From IMG/VR virus record IMGVR_UViG_3300030102_005172, positions 32,001-96,000 of that record: a stretch of DNA of 64,000 nucleotides; one strand, written 5' to 3'. A model generated the notes under the pieces. The model ran no database searches and was not told the DNA's origin. It was given only the letters and a program-made list of their open reading frames with translations. Shown piece by piece: positions 10,133 through 19,899 of the stretch. Source of the DNA: a virus. The position numbers were made by a program, and so were the translations under genes. Position 1 is the stretch's first letter. Each line of letters starts with the position of its first letter.

Positions 10133-10616
10133 TTTTATTAAGTGTGTTTTGTACCTTTTTCCAATACCTTTTAGTTTGTTTTTTCTGTAATCCCTTCGGA
10201 CCACCATTCCAACACCTTGCGATTTCTTCATATGAACTATCTTTGTGATAATAATCTACAAAAACATAAAACATCTCAATAGACTTTTTTTCATTCCATC
10301 TGTCGTCAAGTGTATAAAATCTATCGTCTTTTTTTATGTTTAGTATTCTGTTTACTTCGTTTACCATAATGGGTCTAATCTGTAAAACTCCTGCTGCGTC
10401 TTCTCTTTTTGCAAACGCTTTTGGGTTTCCTTTTGATTCTACCCACACCATCGCCTCTATCAAATCTTCTAAATCTCTGACAATGGGTTTTATTTCATTT
10501 TTGTGTTCAATTTTTATTTGTTCAATTGGTAATCTTTCTATTTCATATAACTTTTGTTCGGGTGAGTTTACCGAAGTACACAACAACCCTATCAGCATTA
10601 TTGAAAAATTTCTCAT
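10107..10616 (-). CDS. Lysozyme-like/lytic transglycosylase with N-terminal hydrophobic signal
   Basis: AMVWVESKG (catalytic Glu), AAGVLQI, ARCWNGGP. Confidence 0.75.
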   Translation of the reverse strand: MRNFSIMLIGLLCTSVNSPEQKLYEIERLPIEQIKIEHKNEIKPIVRDLEDLIEAMVWVESKGNPKAFAKREDAAGVLQIRPIMVNEVNRILNIKKDDRFYTLDDRWNEKKSIEMFYVFVDYYHKDSSYEEIARCWNGGPKGLQKKQTKRYWKKVQNTLNKNEDSSDRG

Positions 10617-11563
10617 ATATTCCTTATTCGTTCAACTTTGGGACACAACTCCGATGTCTTAAAAGGACACCACTTACAATTCTTATTATTTTTACCTGCC
10701 ATCGCAGGAAAGTCCCCTTCTGAATTGTAAGAACCATCATCATTGAAAGCCACATCAATAAATTCATCAAAACTTTTTACAATCTTATTTAATGTTGGTT
10801 TTCCATGTGCTGGTACAAATTCTTGTACTCTTTGTTGAGCAAACATGGCCTCTTCCCATAGTTTCCTCTTTACTATAAAGTATCTAACTTGTATCTTTTC
10901 TATCGGATATCCGTATTGTTCTGAGAAAAACTTTTTGTATAAAACCAACTGAGCCGTTTTAGTTTTATCAGCTTTCTGCCACTTGTTCCATCCTCTTGTG
11001 GATGTTTTGATATCCCAAATCTCTATTGTATTATCTGCCAGATTCTCAAATACTAAGTCTAAGAATCCTTTCATCATAATATTTTCGTTTGATTCTGACG
11101 CTGGATAGTATATTGGTAACTCAACACCAACTAATCTCATAGTCCTTGTTGAAAAATACTTTGCTCTATTCTTTCTTAAGAAGTCCAATATCTGAAGACC
11201 ATCATCGTAGAACTCATTCATTTCATCTTTGGTGGTAAACTTAACACCATAGATTGCCATCATCTTTTTGTACTCTTTAGCCATTTCTTCTAAGAGTAAC
11301 TTTTCCAAGTCCATGTCATTTGCTTTTACTGCAGAATCATTATACATGACTTGTAACCATGCTTGAATAGTCTCGTGCATAGCAGTACCAAATACAAGAT
11401 GTATAGATGGGTCAAAGTCTTTGTGACCATCCATATATGTAAGTTTCCATTGTTTAGGACAATTTGCCCACATTGTATATTGTGAGTAAGAAACCTTTAC
11501 ATCATCTTTTCCCTCTTTATGTACGGGAAAATTAAATATATTGGATACCATTGATTTTTTCAT
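10613..11563 (-). CDS. PD-(D/E)XK Cas4/RecB-like exonuclease
   Basis: SYSQ...CP, FGTAMH, GFLD, IWDIKT, QLVLY, C-terminal CKWCPF....C (four-Cys cluster). Confidence 0.85.
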   Translation of the reverse strand: MKKSMVSNIFNFPVHKEGKDDVKVSYSQYTMWANCPKQWKLTYMDGHKDFDPSIHLVFGTAMHETIQAWLQVMYNDSAVKANDMDLEKLLLEEMAKEYKKMMAIYGVKFTTKDEMNEFYDDGLQILDFLRKNRAKYFSTRTMRLVGVELPIYYPASESNENIMMKGFLDLVFENLADNTIEIWDIKTSTRGWNKWQKADKTKTAQLVLYKKFFSEQYGYPIEKIQVRYFIVKRKLWEEAMFAQQRVQEFVPAHGKPTLNKIVKSFDEFIDVAFNDDGSYNSEGDFPAMAGKNNKNCKWCPFKTSELCPKVERIRNI

Positions 11564-11568
11564 CTATA

Positions 11569-11600
11569 TAAAGATAAGAAAAAGATTCGGAACTGCCAAA
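11569..11600 (-). promoter_or_regulatory. Bacteroidota-type promoter TTTG-N20-TATCTTTA
   Basis: Matches the -33/-7 consensus TTTG...TAnnTTTG with a 20-nt spacer. Confidence 0.7.
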
Positions 11601-11628
11601 TCTTTTATGTTAAATAATTGTTAAGTTT

Positions 11629-12039
11629 TTACTTAGCCCACTTCTTTCTTTGGACTATTTGTGCTATGATTCCGTAAACACTCATATCTTCATAGGTATC
11701 TTGAATATTTTCACCAACCTCATCTGGCTGACCTAAAACTACTAATTGTTTTAGTCTTTGGATTTTGTCATTCAGTCTAAACCATAAACCTGTTAGTGAT
11801 ATCTTTATTTCATCATCGGTTTCTAAATTAGTTCCAACTGAAATATTATCAGGTCCATAATTTCTTTGTTTTTTACAGAATGTTTCATACATTTCTTCTT
11901 GAATCTTTTTAAATTCATTTGTAGTATTTGGATACATTCTTTCACAATACTCTATTGCGGTCTCATCTACATTTCTATTCTCTACTCTCTCACCTTGCCA
12001 CTCTACTTTATTTTTTCTATCTTTAATTACTTGAGCCAT
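11629..12039 (-). CDS. DUF1599 / nucleotide-modification-associated domain protein
   Basis: KKQRNYG, RLNDKIQRL, DTYEDMSVYGII. Confidence 0.65.
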   Translation of the reverse strand: MAQVIKDRKNKVEWQGERVENRNVDETAIEYCERMYPNTTNEFKKIQEEMYETFCKKQRNYGPDNISVGTNLETDDEIKISLTGLWFRLNDKIQRLKQLVVLGQPDEVGENIQDTYEDMSVYGIIAQIVQRKKWAK

Positions 12040-12470
12040 TTTTTTACTTCTTTTTTATCTAAACCATATTTTAACAATATTTCTGTAATATCGTCTTTAC
12101 TTAGTATCTCAAGATAATCTCTAACTTCTCTTTGAGATACTTTGTAGTATTTTGCAAGATATTCTAATACATTAGAATTATACTTGTCATCCTTTTTACC
12201 TTTTATATACTTGTCCCAAGTTTTCTTTTTAGGTAAAAAATCAAAGTACATTTTGTAAACATCTCTTGGACTGAGTTGGCCAATAGTAAACTTTTGCAGC
12301 TCGTTTACCAACTCCAATAGTCCCATATTCATTGACAAGAATCTATTTACCATAAATGGTTCAAATGTTTTCTTATCCATAACTGAAAGACTATCCCAAG
12401 AAGTTTTATACTCCTTAAGTCCAGATAGATGTTGAAATAATGTCTTAGCCTTCTTCGTTGATGCCATCAA
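12027..12470 (-). CDS. Clamp loader small subunit (gp62-like)
   Basis: PFMVNRFLSM...VNELQ...LAKYYKVSQREVRDYL; near the clamp-loader ATPase. Confidence 0.65.
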   Translation of the reverse strand: MMASTKKAKTLFQHLSGLKEYKTSWDSLSVMDKKTFEPFMVNRFLSMNMGLLELVNELQKFTIGQLSPRDVYKMYFDFLPKKKTWDKYIKGKKDDKYNSNVLEYLAKYYKVSQREVRDYLEILSKDDITEILLKYGLDKKEVKKWLK

Positions 12471-12732
12471 TCAATTCTTTTGGTGTAAATTTAGGATGAA
12501 TAGTCCCACAATTGTTACACAATACAACGGGTATAGGTAACATTGAAGCTTGACCTGTTGGTGATTGAACCGCTGGTACTTCTTTATACATTGTTGTTTG
12601 GTCAAAGAATATACCACTACATTTAGGACACTTTACAGTTTCCAATTTTGTAGGGTCAAGTTTTAGTTGAGGTTGTTGTTGTGCTTTTGGTTTACCAAAA
12701 TCAATAACTTTTCCTTTTCCTTTTTTTGCCAT
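12445..12732 (-). CDS. Small zinc-ribbon protein
   Basis: CPKC...CNNCG. Confidence 0.6.
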   Translation of the reverse strand: MAKKGKGKVIDFGKPKAQQQPQLKLDPTKLETVKCPKCSGIFFDQTTMYKEVPAVQSPTGQASMLPIPVVLCNNCGTIHPKFTPKELIDGINEEG

Positions 12733-12735
12733 AAT

Positions 12736-13656
12736 TTATTTCCCTAATGTCATTAAAATATTTAATATCATAGCCATCACATTGATTTCCTTGTCAACGA
12801 CCATAGAGTCTTTATATTGACCCTCGGCTATATTCAAAATTGTGTGTCCAACTTTACCACTTGCATATGAGTCTACTTCATCATAAAGTGCTCTATACAA
12901 TGGTGTAAAGTCTTTCACTTTAGAGTCTGCAATAATCTGTCTTATTGTGTTGAACTTTGATTTCATTTCACCACTATCTTGTAAAACTTTTATTACATCC
13001 TCTGTATAGTTTGCCTGAATTGTAGATGTAGTATCTATTTTCAACTCACCTTTGACAACTTGTCTTTGTGCTGAGTTCAATACTCTACGAATGTCAGGAT
13101 AACCACTATTGACCAATATTGCCAAGTCTTCCTTTTCAAACTTAACTGATTCCTCGTTTAATATATCAAACAATCTTTTTGCCACTTCTTTTTTAGAAGG
13201 TGGTGTTATTGCGAATGTTTGACAACGAGATTGAATCGGGTCAATAATTTTTTCTACATAGTTACAAGTTAAAATGAACCTTGTAGATTTACTGAAAGTT
13301 TCCATTAGATTACGAAGTGCTGCTTGAGCATTCGGTGTCAAATAGTCTGCTTCATCTAATATAATTACTTTCCACTTTCTGAATCCCATTGATGATGCGA
13401 ATCCACGAATCTTGTCACGAACTGCGTCAACAGAGTTTTCATCAGAAGCGTTGATATACATCAAATCACAATCAATCTGATTAGTGATTATTTTTGCGAG
13501 GGTAGTCTTACCTGTACCTGCGACTCCATAGAGTAACAAGTGTGGTACATCCTCATTCTCAATGTATATCTTTACTTTGTCTAAGATATGTTGATTACCA
13601 ACATACCCATCTAATGTATCGGGTCTATATTTTTCGACCCATAGTGAATTACTCAT
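12736..13656 (-). CDS. Clamp loader ATPase (gp44/RFC-like)
   Basis: LWVEKYRP, GVAGTGKTT, ILDEAD, SRC. Start moved to ATG at 13656. Confidence 0.92.
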   Translation of the reverse strand: MSNSLWVEKYRPDTLDGYVGNQHILDKVKIYIENEDVPHLLLYGVAGTGKTTLAKIITNQIDCDLMYINASDENSVDAVRDKIRGFASSMGFRKWKVIILDEADYLTPNAQAALRNLMETFSKSTRFILTCNYVEKIIDPIQSRCQTFAITPPSKKEVAKRLFDILNEESVKFEKEDLAILVNSGYPDIRRVLNSAQRQVVKGELKIDTTSTIQANYTEDVIKVLQDSGEMKSKFNTIRQIIADSKVKDFTPLYRALYDEVDSYASGKVGHTILNIAEGQYKDSMVVDKEINVMAMILNILMTLGK

Positions 13657-14843
13657 CGACCTACTTCTTTTAAATATGTTTCTTTTGCTTTGTCCCAACT
13701 CATTCCAATAATATCCATGTAATACAATGTATCTGGTTTCAATCTGTTTTCATCATGTAACTTAGTGTATCTTCTTATTGCTTTCTTCTTCCACCATCTG
13801 ATTGTATAATCATCACCTTCTTCAAACTTCTTCTTCATTTTAAGTTGACTTTCATCAATCTCATTTCTAAGAAACTCATTTCCGTTGTCATACATCATTG
13901 CGAAGTAAACACCTCTTTTGAATCCATGTTGATATTGTGTACTTTTGATTCCCAACTCTTTGAAAATCATAGACAATATTCTTTGTTTGATACCAGATAC
14001 AGGTCCTTGGATACCTTCTTTTTGAGTTGTAACTCTTTTATATTCTTCGGATTTATTTTCTTTAATCCATTGGTGCCAGATATCGTAAAATTCATTATCA
14101 GGTTTAGTAGAAACTTTACCTGTTGATTCACCTAATGTTTTGAAGTGTGGGATTCCATTATATTGAGAATGGATTCCATAAAGAGAAGTTGTTCCAACTG
14201 CGATTAGAGTTTGTCCATACTTTTCTTTCCACAAGTCTCTGAATGTCGGTGAGGTTGTTAGTGCTGATACAAGTTTACCACCTAAGAAATTATATCCTAA
14301 TGGTTGTGTTGCGATGATAGATGTTCCAATCGTAGTATGATTTAACTTACCATCTTTAAACTTGTTTTCTTTTTGCCAACCTATGTACTTATCACGAACA
14401 CCTAAAGATGTTACATCAGAACCAAGAGATATTACACCAAGAACTTTACCACTCTTTCGGTCTTTAGCAAATGCTTTTATATTACGACCAGGATTAGCAG
14501 TAAACTCCATTGATGAAATACACTTACGAATATCAGTCCACTTCGCAGTGCCTGATGAATCTGTAATTAACTCTACATAAGGTTCTAACTCTTCAATCTC
14601 TTTGATTGTTAGTTCCTTATTGTAAATGTCAGTAGGAGTCCAAATCATATCAAAAGACTTTGCAAGACTTGGTTTTCTTGCCATAGACTTTGGTAAATCT
14701 GAATTCCATTCTTGCCATTTTTTGTAAAGAGTTTGTTCCTCAACAGGCATGGTAGATAAATACTCCATGTTGTCAATGAATCGTTTTCTCTCTACATCGT
14801 AGTCAAAAACAGGTTTCGCTGGTTCTGTATCCCAAAATTGCAT
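13653..14843 (-). CDS. DUF4338 (DruA-like) family protein
   Basis: PGRNIK, QPLGYNFLGGKL, TTSLYG..SQYN motifs. Confidence 0.65.
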   Translation of the reverse strand: MQFWDTEPAKPVFDYDVERKRFIDNMEYLSTMPVEEQTLYKKWQEWNSDLPKSMARKPSLAKSFDMIWTPTDIYNKELTIKEIEELEPYVELITDSSGTAKWTDIRKCISSMEFTANPGRNIKAFAKDRKSGKVLGVISLGSDVTSLGVRDKYIGWQKENKFKDGKLNHTTIGTSIIATQPLGYNFLGGKLVSALTTSPTFRDLWKEKYGQTLIAVGTTSLYGIHSQYNGIPHFKTLGESTGKVSTKPDNEFYDIWHQWIKENKSEEYKRVTTQKEGIQGPVSGIKQRILSMIFKELGIKSTQYQHGFKRGVYFAMMYDNGNEFLRNEIDESQLKMKKKFEEGDDYTIRWWKKKAIRRYTKLHDENRLKPDTLYYMDIIGMSWDKAKETYLKEVGR

Positions 14844-15538
14844 TACTTAATCTCTACTAAATAATAGTTAGACTTAAATCCATCATTCTCAAATGAGACA
14901 TGAGCTAATCCATTTGGTGAAATCTTCAATGAAGATGATTTTGCACCTTTGTTAGCATTAAGGATTTCTTTTAAGTATTTTGCTGAGAATGAGATTGGTT
15001 CTACATCACCATCACATTCACACTCTACATTAATAGAAATTCTGTTAGAGTTAATCTTTGAGTAACCTAAGATTACTTCACCTTTGTTACTTTTACAACT
15101 AAATGTAAATGTATCTGAATCAGATAATGCACCCTTTGATTTTACAAACTTGTTTACAAAATCATTGTCCATCTTGATTGTAGATGTAAATTCAGGTAAT
15201 TGTTTTAAATCTGGCACAACAGGTATAACAGATAAATCAGCCAACATATAGTTTACTGAAGTTCCCTTATCTGAAAATACAAGTGATGCGTCACCTTCTT
15301 TTACATTGATATCAGAATCTAATACAGTTAGTAATCCTTTTAATTGAGAAGTAGTATAAACACCAAACTCACCACTTGGGAAGTCTTTGTTATCACTACT
15401 TACATTTCCTAATAGGGTCTTATCGTCAGAGATAAATTTGACAGATAACCCTTCTTCTGTTGAATCAATTTTAACTGATTCGACCTCACCACCTAAGTTA
15501 TATCTAGTGATGAAACCTTCAAACGAGCTTTTTTTCAT
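14843..15538 (-). CDS. DNA polymerase sliding clamp (gp45-like)
   Basis: 231 aa, beta-rich, located between PolB and the clamp loader; EFGVY, ISPNGLAHVSF..YYLV. Confidence 0.7.
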   Translation of the reverse strand: MKKSSFEGFITRYNLGGEVESVKIDSTEEGLSVKFISDDKTLLGNVSSDNKDFPSGEFGVYTTSQLKGLLTVLDSDINVKEGDASLVFSDKGTSVNYMLADLSVIPVVPDLKQLPEFTSTIKMDNDFVNKFVKSKGALSDSDTFTFSCKSNKGEVILGYSKINSNRISINVECECDGDVEPISFSAKYLKEILNANKGAKSSSLKISPNGLAHVSFENDGFKSNYYLVEIK

Positions 15539-15560
15539 AATTTACTATTGTTTATTTTAA

Positions 15561-15592
15561 TTAATATACGAAATTTATTTTTAAAATCCAAA
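15561..15592 (-). promoter_or_regulatory. Bacteroidota-type promoter TTTG-N20-TATATTAA
   Basis: Same geometry as the other copies. Confidence 0.65.
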
Positions 15593-18097
15593 AAATTCTG
15601 AAGCTTTATTTAGATTTGGGTTTGGTTTCTCCCAATCCATAGCTTTATAGAAGTCATCAAGTTTATTTTCTAACTCCTTTTCCCAAATTTTATCGTAGTC
15701 AATATATTGTTCTACGAGTTTTAAAATCTGAGGTGGGTCATTGTGTCCTTTTAGACCTGTTGCGTCTAATCCAAGAGGATTCTTTTTCAAATATACCCAC
15801 TTAATCTTATCACCATCTTTCATAGGTTCGTACTTATATGGTACTTTATAGAAAGCAAGTAATTGATTATATGTTATTGCCGCCTTGACATGAGCAGGTG
15901 ACCCCTTTTGGAATTCACCCAATACTTGAGTCTTTGTTGTATACTTACTCATACCTTTGACCGCTGAGTTCTTTGCGATGTCAATGAATGGTCTATCTTC
16001 CATACCTTTTTTGTAATCAAGAATCTTAGTATCAATTTCTTTTTTATCAACTGACCTTAGAATATCTAACAAAACAGTTTTCATAACTTCTTTGAAGTAA
16101 GTTGGGAATGAACTTCTTTTAACATCCAATCCTTTTACATCTAACTTGTCACAATCAACTTCGTTATCATTGATAATCCATTGTGCATATCTTTTCTTTG
16201 AAACCCAAAATCCACCTTTTGCAATTGTTTCTTGTTTAATATCAAATTTATGTGTATCGATGTTAAATAACTTTTTTGCCATCGTATCGTAAACCTTGTT
16301 GATATGAGTTTCTACTTCTTTTGCTGCGGATAGAATCGCAGGAATCATTTCTTCATCCGAATCCTCATTGAGTTCAGGATTACGAGATTTTACTAACGGA
16401 GCGGCCTGATAAAAAACAGAATCAGTATCGGTATAAACATTGTAGTCATCTTCTTTTCCTATTACTTTTGAATAATATTGATTTGCAATCAACTCTGTTG
16501 TTTTAATTACAGTTTGACCTGTAATCGTAGTTGCTTCAGCATTATCAACATCATAAAATCTGAATGATGGTAATCCTAAAACTCCGTATAACGAGTTTAA
16601 CATAATCTTTTGTACCAATTGTCTTTTACCATAAAACTTGTATTGTTCATCATTACCTTCTTTACCATACTTTTTCATCAAGTTTTTGTATTCAACTCTT
16701 TTGTCGAACCAAACACTTAATATTTCAGGTATAACTCCAACTTTATCAGTTCTATATAAAACACCATTTGCGGCAACAGAGTATTTGTTTTTTTCAATAA
16801 ACTTTAGAAACTTTTCTTTAGGTAAAGGTGGAAATTCATTACCATCATCATCTATAATTGAATAAGTTTCAAGGTTACCTTTCATATGTTGTTCTGCAGA
16901 GTAACCTTTTAGTTTACCAATCTTAGTCTCAGGTGATATATTGATACTCATAATGATAGATGGATACAGAGAAGTCAAGTCCAAGTCATAAACCCATTTG
17001 TAAAGACCAGGTTTAGGTTCTTTTACATAAGCGCCTGTAAATTTACCTTCACCATCAGAACCATCTTCATTTCTTGGTTTTCTTCTTGGTTTGTTGGGTG
17101 CTACCCTACCACTTCTTCTAAGGAATGTTAATATTGCGCCTTCTAACCATTTTGATGAGAACAAAAAGTCTTCATAGAATACATGACCTGTATGACATAT
17201 TGCCCTTGCCAAGTCAATAAACTGAAGTTTTTTATCCAAGTCCACAACTAATTCAACATCAACTAAGTTATACTCAATAAACTTCTCTATATCATCTCTA
17301 AATAATTGGTCCAAGTTACCTTCATATTCAATCTTACCCCTACCTAACTCAATACTTGCTACTGTATCTAATCGGTAATTAGGTAACTCTGTAAAGTTGT
17401 AACACTTGTAAAGTGCTAGGTAATCTAATGCCGATACTCCTGCAATAATATATCTGTTTCTGTATTTGTTATATGTTACTTTACCAATCGGTGATAATTG
17501 ATTTGCATATTGTTGACCAAATAATAGTTTATATCTATTGTAAAGATATGTAACATCAAAGAAATCAATATTCCAACCTGTTACAATAGTTGGATTTATT
17601 TCTCTCCATTTAGACATAAATGCTGATAGTAGACCTTCTTCAGTATCAAATGACTCTACTTTAGCTCCTTTGATTATCTTATCAATCTTTTCACCTTTGT
17701 TAACTACATAGACAAAATAGTCATTTGTAATTGAGTCGTGTGCTGCGATTGAAGTAATTGCGTTACTTGCAGTTTCAATATCAGGCAATCCACTATTCAT
17801 TTCAACCTCAATATCGAATGTTAGAATTGTATGTCCTGTTGATAGTTCATCCGAATCACCATACTCATCAATTAAGAAACGAGTCATTTCATTTACATCT
17901 GATTCATATAATTGTAAATCATCATCTGCTTTCCAAAAGTTTAGTTTCTTAAGTCTTTCACCATGAATGGATTGGTGTGCTCCGTTTCCATCTCTTACAT
18001 AAGCATATCTACGATACTTGGATGTAAAGTAACCTTTTTGGTCATCCCAACAATGGATGATAGACTTTTCTTTTTCGAAGAATACATTTTGATACAT
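15581..18097 (-). CDS. DNA polymerase family B (gp43-like)
   Basis: FDIEV exonuclease motif, DLTSLYPSII, KIMLNSLYG, YTDTDS, KKRY. Confidence 0.96.
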   Translation of the reverse strand: MYQNVFFEKEKSIIHCWDDQKGYFTSKYRRYAYVRDGNGAHQSIHGERLKKLNFWKADDDLQLYESDVNEMTRFLIDEYGDSDELSTGHTILTFDIEVEMNSGLPDIETASNAITSIAAHDSITNDYFVYVVNKGEKIDKIIKGAKVESFDTEEGLLSAFMSKWREINPTIVTGWNIDFFDVTYLYNRYKLLFGQQYANQLSPIGKVTYNKYRNRYIIAGVSALDYLALYKCYNFTELPNYRLDTVASIELGRGKIEYEGNLDQLFRDDIEKFIEYNLVDVELVVDLDKKLQFIDLARAICHTGHVFYEDFLFSSKWLEGAILTFLRRSGRVAPNKPRRKPRNEDGSDGEGKFTGAYVKEPKPGLYKWVYDLDLTSLYPSIIMSINISPETKIGKLKGYSAEQHMKGNLETYSIIDDDGNEFPPLPKEKFLKFIEKNKYSVAANGVLYRTDKVGVIPEILSVWFDKRVEYKNLMKKYGKEGNDEQYKFYGKRQLVQKIMLNSLYGVLGLPSFRFYDVDNAEATTITGQTVIKTTELIANQYYSKVIGKEDDYNVYTDTDSVFYQAAPLVKSRNPELNEDSDEEMIPAILSAAKEVETHINKVYDTMAKKLFNIDTHKFDIKQETIAKGGFWVSKKRYAQWIINDNEVDCDKLDVKGLDVKRSSFPTYFKEVMKTVLLDILRSVDKKEIDTKILDYKKGMEDRPFIDIAKNSAVKGMSKYTTKTQVLGEFQKGSPAHVKAAITYNQLLAFYKVPYKYEPMKDGDKIKWVYLKKNPLGLDATGLKGHNDPPQILKLVEQYIDYDKIWEKELENKLDDFYKAMDWEKPNPNLNKASEFFGF

Positions 18098-18101
18098 AAG
18101 T

Positions 18102-18133
18102 TAAATATACAAAAATTTTATGACATTACCAAA
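18102..18133 (-). promoter_or_regulatory. Bacteroidota-type promoter TTTG-N20-TATATTTA
   Basis: Immediately upstream of the PolB gene. Confidence 0.65.
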
Positions 18134-18914
18134 AACTAACTGCGTTTTCTGGTGAATATGTTTCATGTTTTTCAATAGGTGGTAAAAACTCCTCGGGGTC
18201 TTTTGGATACGGACTCGTTTTATGTTTTAACATCTTACTAAGTTTTCGTTTCTCAGATTTATTTTGACCTAAGATTTGAATGTACCTATGTTTAGGCGCC
18301 TCTTTCTTTCGCCAAAAACAAGATTTGTTTTGTTTACCTATTTCTTTTTTTAAGTGTTCTACATTATGTGAACCCCATTTAGAAAATACAGTCCTTGAAT
18401 GAATCCAATCATAAGGACTATCACTAAGTGATACTGAATAGTTTGGCATTAGTTGTATATCACGACAATCTTGATATAACCAATTAGTTGCTTGGTAAAT
18501 TCCACCGAGGTGTAATTGTTCAGGGTCTGCGTAACTCAACAACATCTTAATTTTTGGTGCATTATCTCTCATCCATTTAAAAGACTGACCCATTGCGTAT
18601 GATTCTATATTTGAACCATATCCATCATGGATAAACAATCTTGTCAACTCCAAACACTCGTCTTTATCTAAACCATCAATTACAGACTTAATCGCTGAAC
18701 GACCTACGGGATATCCGTATACCAAGCAACCAATTAGTTTTTCACTACCAAAGAATCCATCATCACCATTGTAATATACACCGAGTGCATATCTACACAT
18801 AGTCCACGCATGAGAGTAGTGATACTTTACAATCATTTGTTTAGCTACACTTTTATTGATTTCTCTAATAGAAACCTTTGATGTGTCTACATAATGTTTA
18901 TTAGGTTCTTTCAA
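18126..18914 (-). CDS. Mom-like (GNAT) DNA adenine modification protein, copy 2
   Basis: YHYSH, LELTRL, SYADP...H.G.IYQATNW, KHRY. Confidence 0.8.
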   Translation of the reverse strand: MKEPNKHYVDTSKVSIREINKSVAKQMIVKYHYSHAWTMCRYALGVYYNGDDGFFGSEKLIGCLVYGYPVGRSAIKSVIDGLDKDECLELTRLFIHDGYGSNIESYAMGQSFKWMRDNAPKIKMLLSYADPEQLHLGGIYQATNWLYQDCRDIQLMPNYSVSLSDSPYDWIHSRTVFSKWGSHNVEHLKKEIGKQNKSCFWRKKEAPKHRYIQILGQNKSEKRKLSKMLKHKTSPYPKDPEEFLPPIEKHETYSPENAVSFW

Positions 18915-19653
18915 TTGGTTCTAATTTTTTTATTTCTTCTTCAAATAACTCACCCTGTTTAGGATATGGTAGTGAAGGATATTTCAAACTCTTTAATATA
19001 CGACTTTTTTTTGACTTATCCAAAATATAAATGTATCTATGTTTTCTTGGTTCTTTTTTAATCCAAAAAGTTTTACCAATTACCTTTTGTATTTTCGTTG
19101 GGTTGTTAGTTCCATAATATGGAAATATTGTTCTACCATGTTGCCATTCACCATTTTCCTCAAACTTAAATAACCAACTATCGTTTGGTCTTATTCTGTT
19201 TCCTTGATATATCCAATTTGTAGATTGATAAACAGTTCCTAAGTGACCTGCTTTTGGGTCTGAGTATGATATCAGTCCTATAATGTGTCTTGCGTGTTTT
19301 CTTAACCACTTAAATGTTTGTCCTACAAACCAACTTTCAACATTACATCCATATCCATCAAATACAAATAATCTCGTTAGTTCTAATACTTGTTTTCTGT
19401 CTAATAACTCTGATATTGATTGACCAGAGTGTCTTCCGATTGGGTCACCATATGTTGCAACACCGATTAATTTATCTGTTGATGAAAAGAAAGAGTGTGA
19501 ATCATCCTCAACATACAATCCCAAACAGTAACTAACTTTAGTCCATATACCACTATAATGGTTCTTTATGATAATGTCTTTTGCTACTGATTTTGAGATA
19601 GGTCTTACGGATAACTTTGAAATATCTGTATACTCTTTCCCTTTAATTTTCAT
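18901..19653 (-). CDS. Mom-like (GNAT) DNA adenine modification protein, copy 1
   Basis: NHYSG, LELTRL, SYSDP..GHLGTVYQSTNW, KHRY. Confidence 0.8.
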   Translation of the reverse strand: MKIKGKEYTDISKLSVRPISKSVAKDIIIKNHYSGIWTKVSYCLGLYVEDDSHSFFSSTDKLIGVATYGDPIGRHSGQSISELLDRKQVLELTRLFVFDGYGCNVESWFVGQTFKWLRKHARHIIGLISYSDPKAGHLGTVYQSTNWIYQGNRIRPNDSWLFKFEENGEWQHGRTIFPYYGTNNPTKIQKVIGKTFWIKKEPRKHRYIYILDKSKKSRILKSLKYPSLPYPKQGELFEEEIKKLEPIERT

Positions 19654-19853
19654 TGATAATCGTTAAATTCACCGAACAACAAATGTTTCCAAGTTTCACC
19701 TCTAACTATTTTTCTTATGTTAGCAGGTGATACTCCGTTGTTTCTTGCCAATACTCTAATGTTACGATGTCCAACAGACCACAACTTACGAATCGACCTT
19801 ACTTGTCTTTCTGTTAATTTATGTTGTGGATGTAATTCACCTCTTAATGCCAT
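19650..19853 (-). CDS. Small HTH DNA-binding protein resembling the C-terminus of HNH homing endonucleases
   Basis: RGELHPQHKLTERQVRSIR...LARNNGVSPANIRKIVRGETWKH. Start moved to ATG at 19853. Confidence 0.6.
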   Translation of the reverse strand: MALRGELHPQHKLTERQVRSIRKLWSVGHRNIRVLARNNGVSPANIRKIVRGETWKHLLFGEFNDYQ

Positions 19854-19867
19854 TCTAAACCTTTTCA

Positions 19868-19899
19868 CTAATATACGAAATTTTTATTAATTTTCCAAA
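19868..19899 (-). promoter_or_regulatory. Bacteroidota-type promoter TTTG-N20-TATATTAG
   Basis: Upstream of the HTH and Mom-like genes. Confidence 0.7.

Noticed and set aside
10613-11563. Cas4-like nuclease as evidence of a CRISPR-Cas system
   Set aside because: There are no other cas genes or array. Stand-alone Cas4-like exonucleases are common in phage replication modules.
13653-14843. DUF4338/DruA as a Druantia defence system
   Set aside because: No DruE helicase or other dru genes are present, and the gene is embedded in the clamp/clamp-loader operon.
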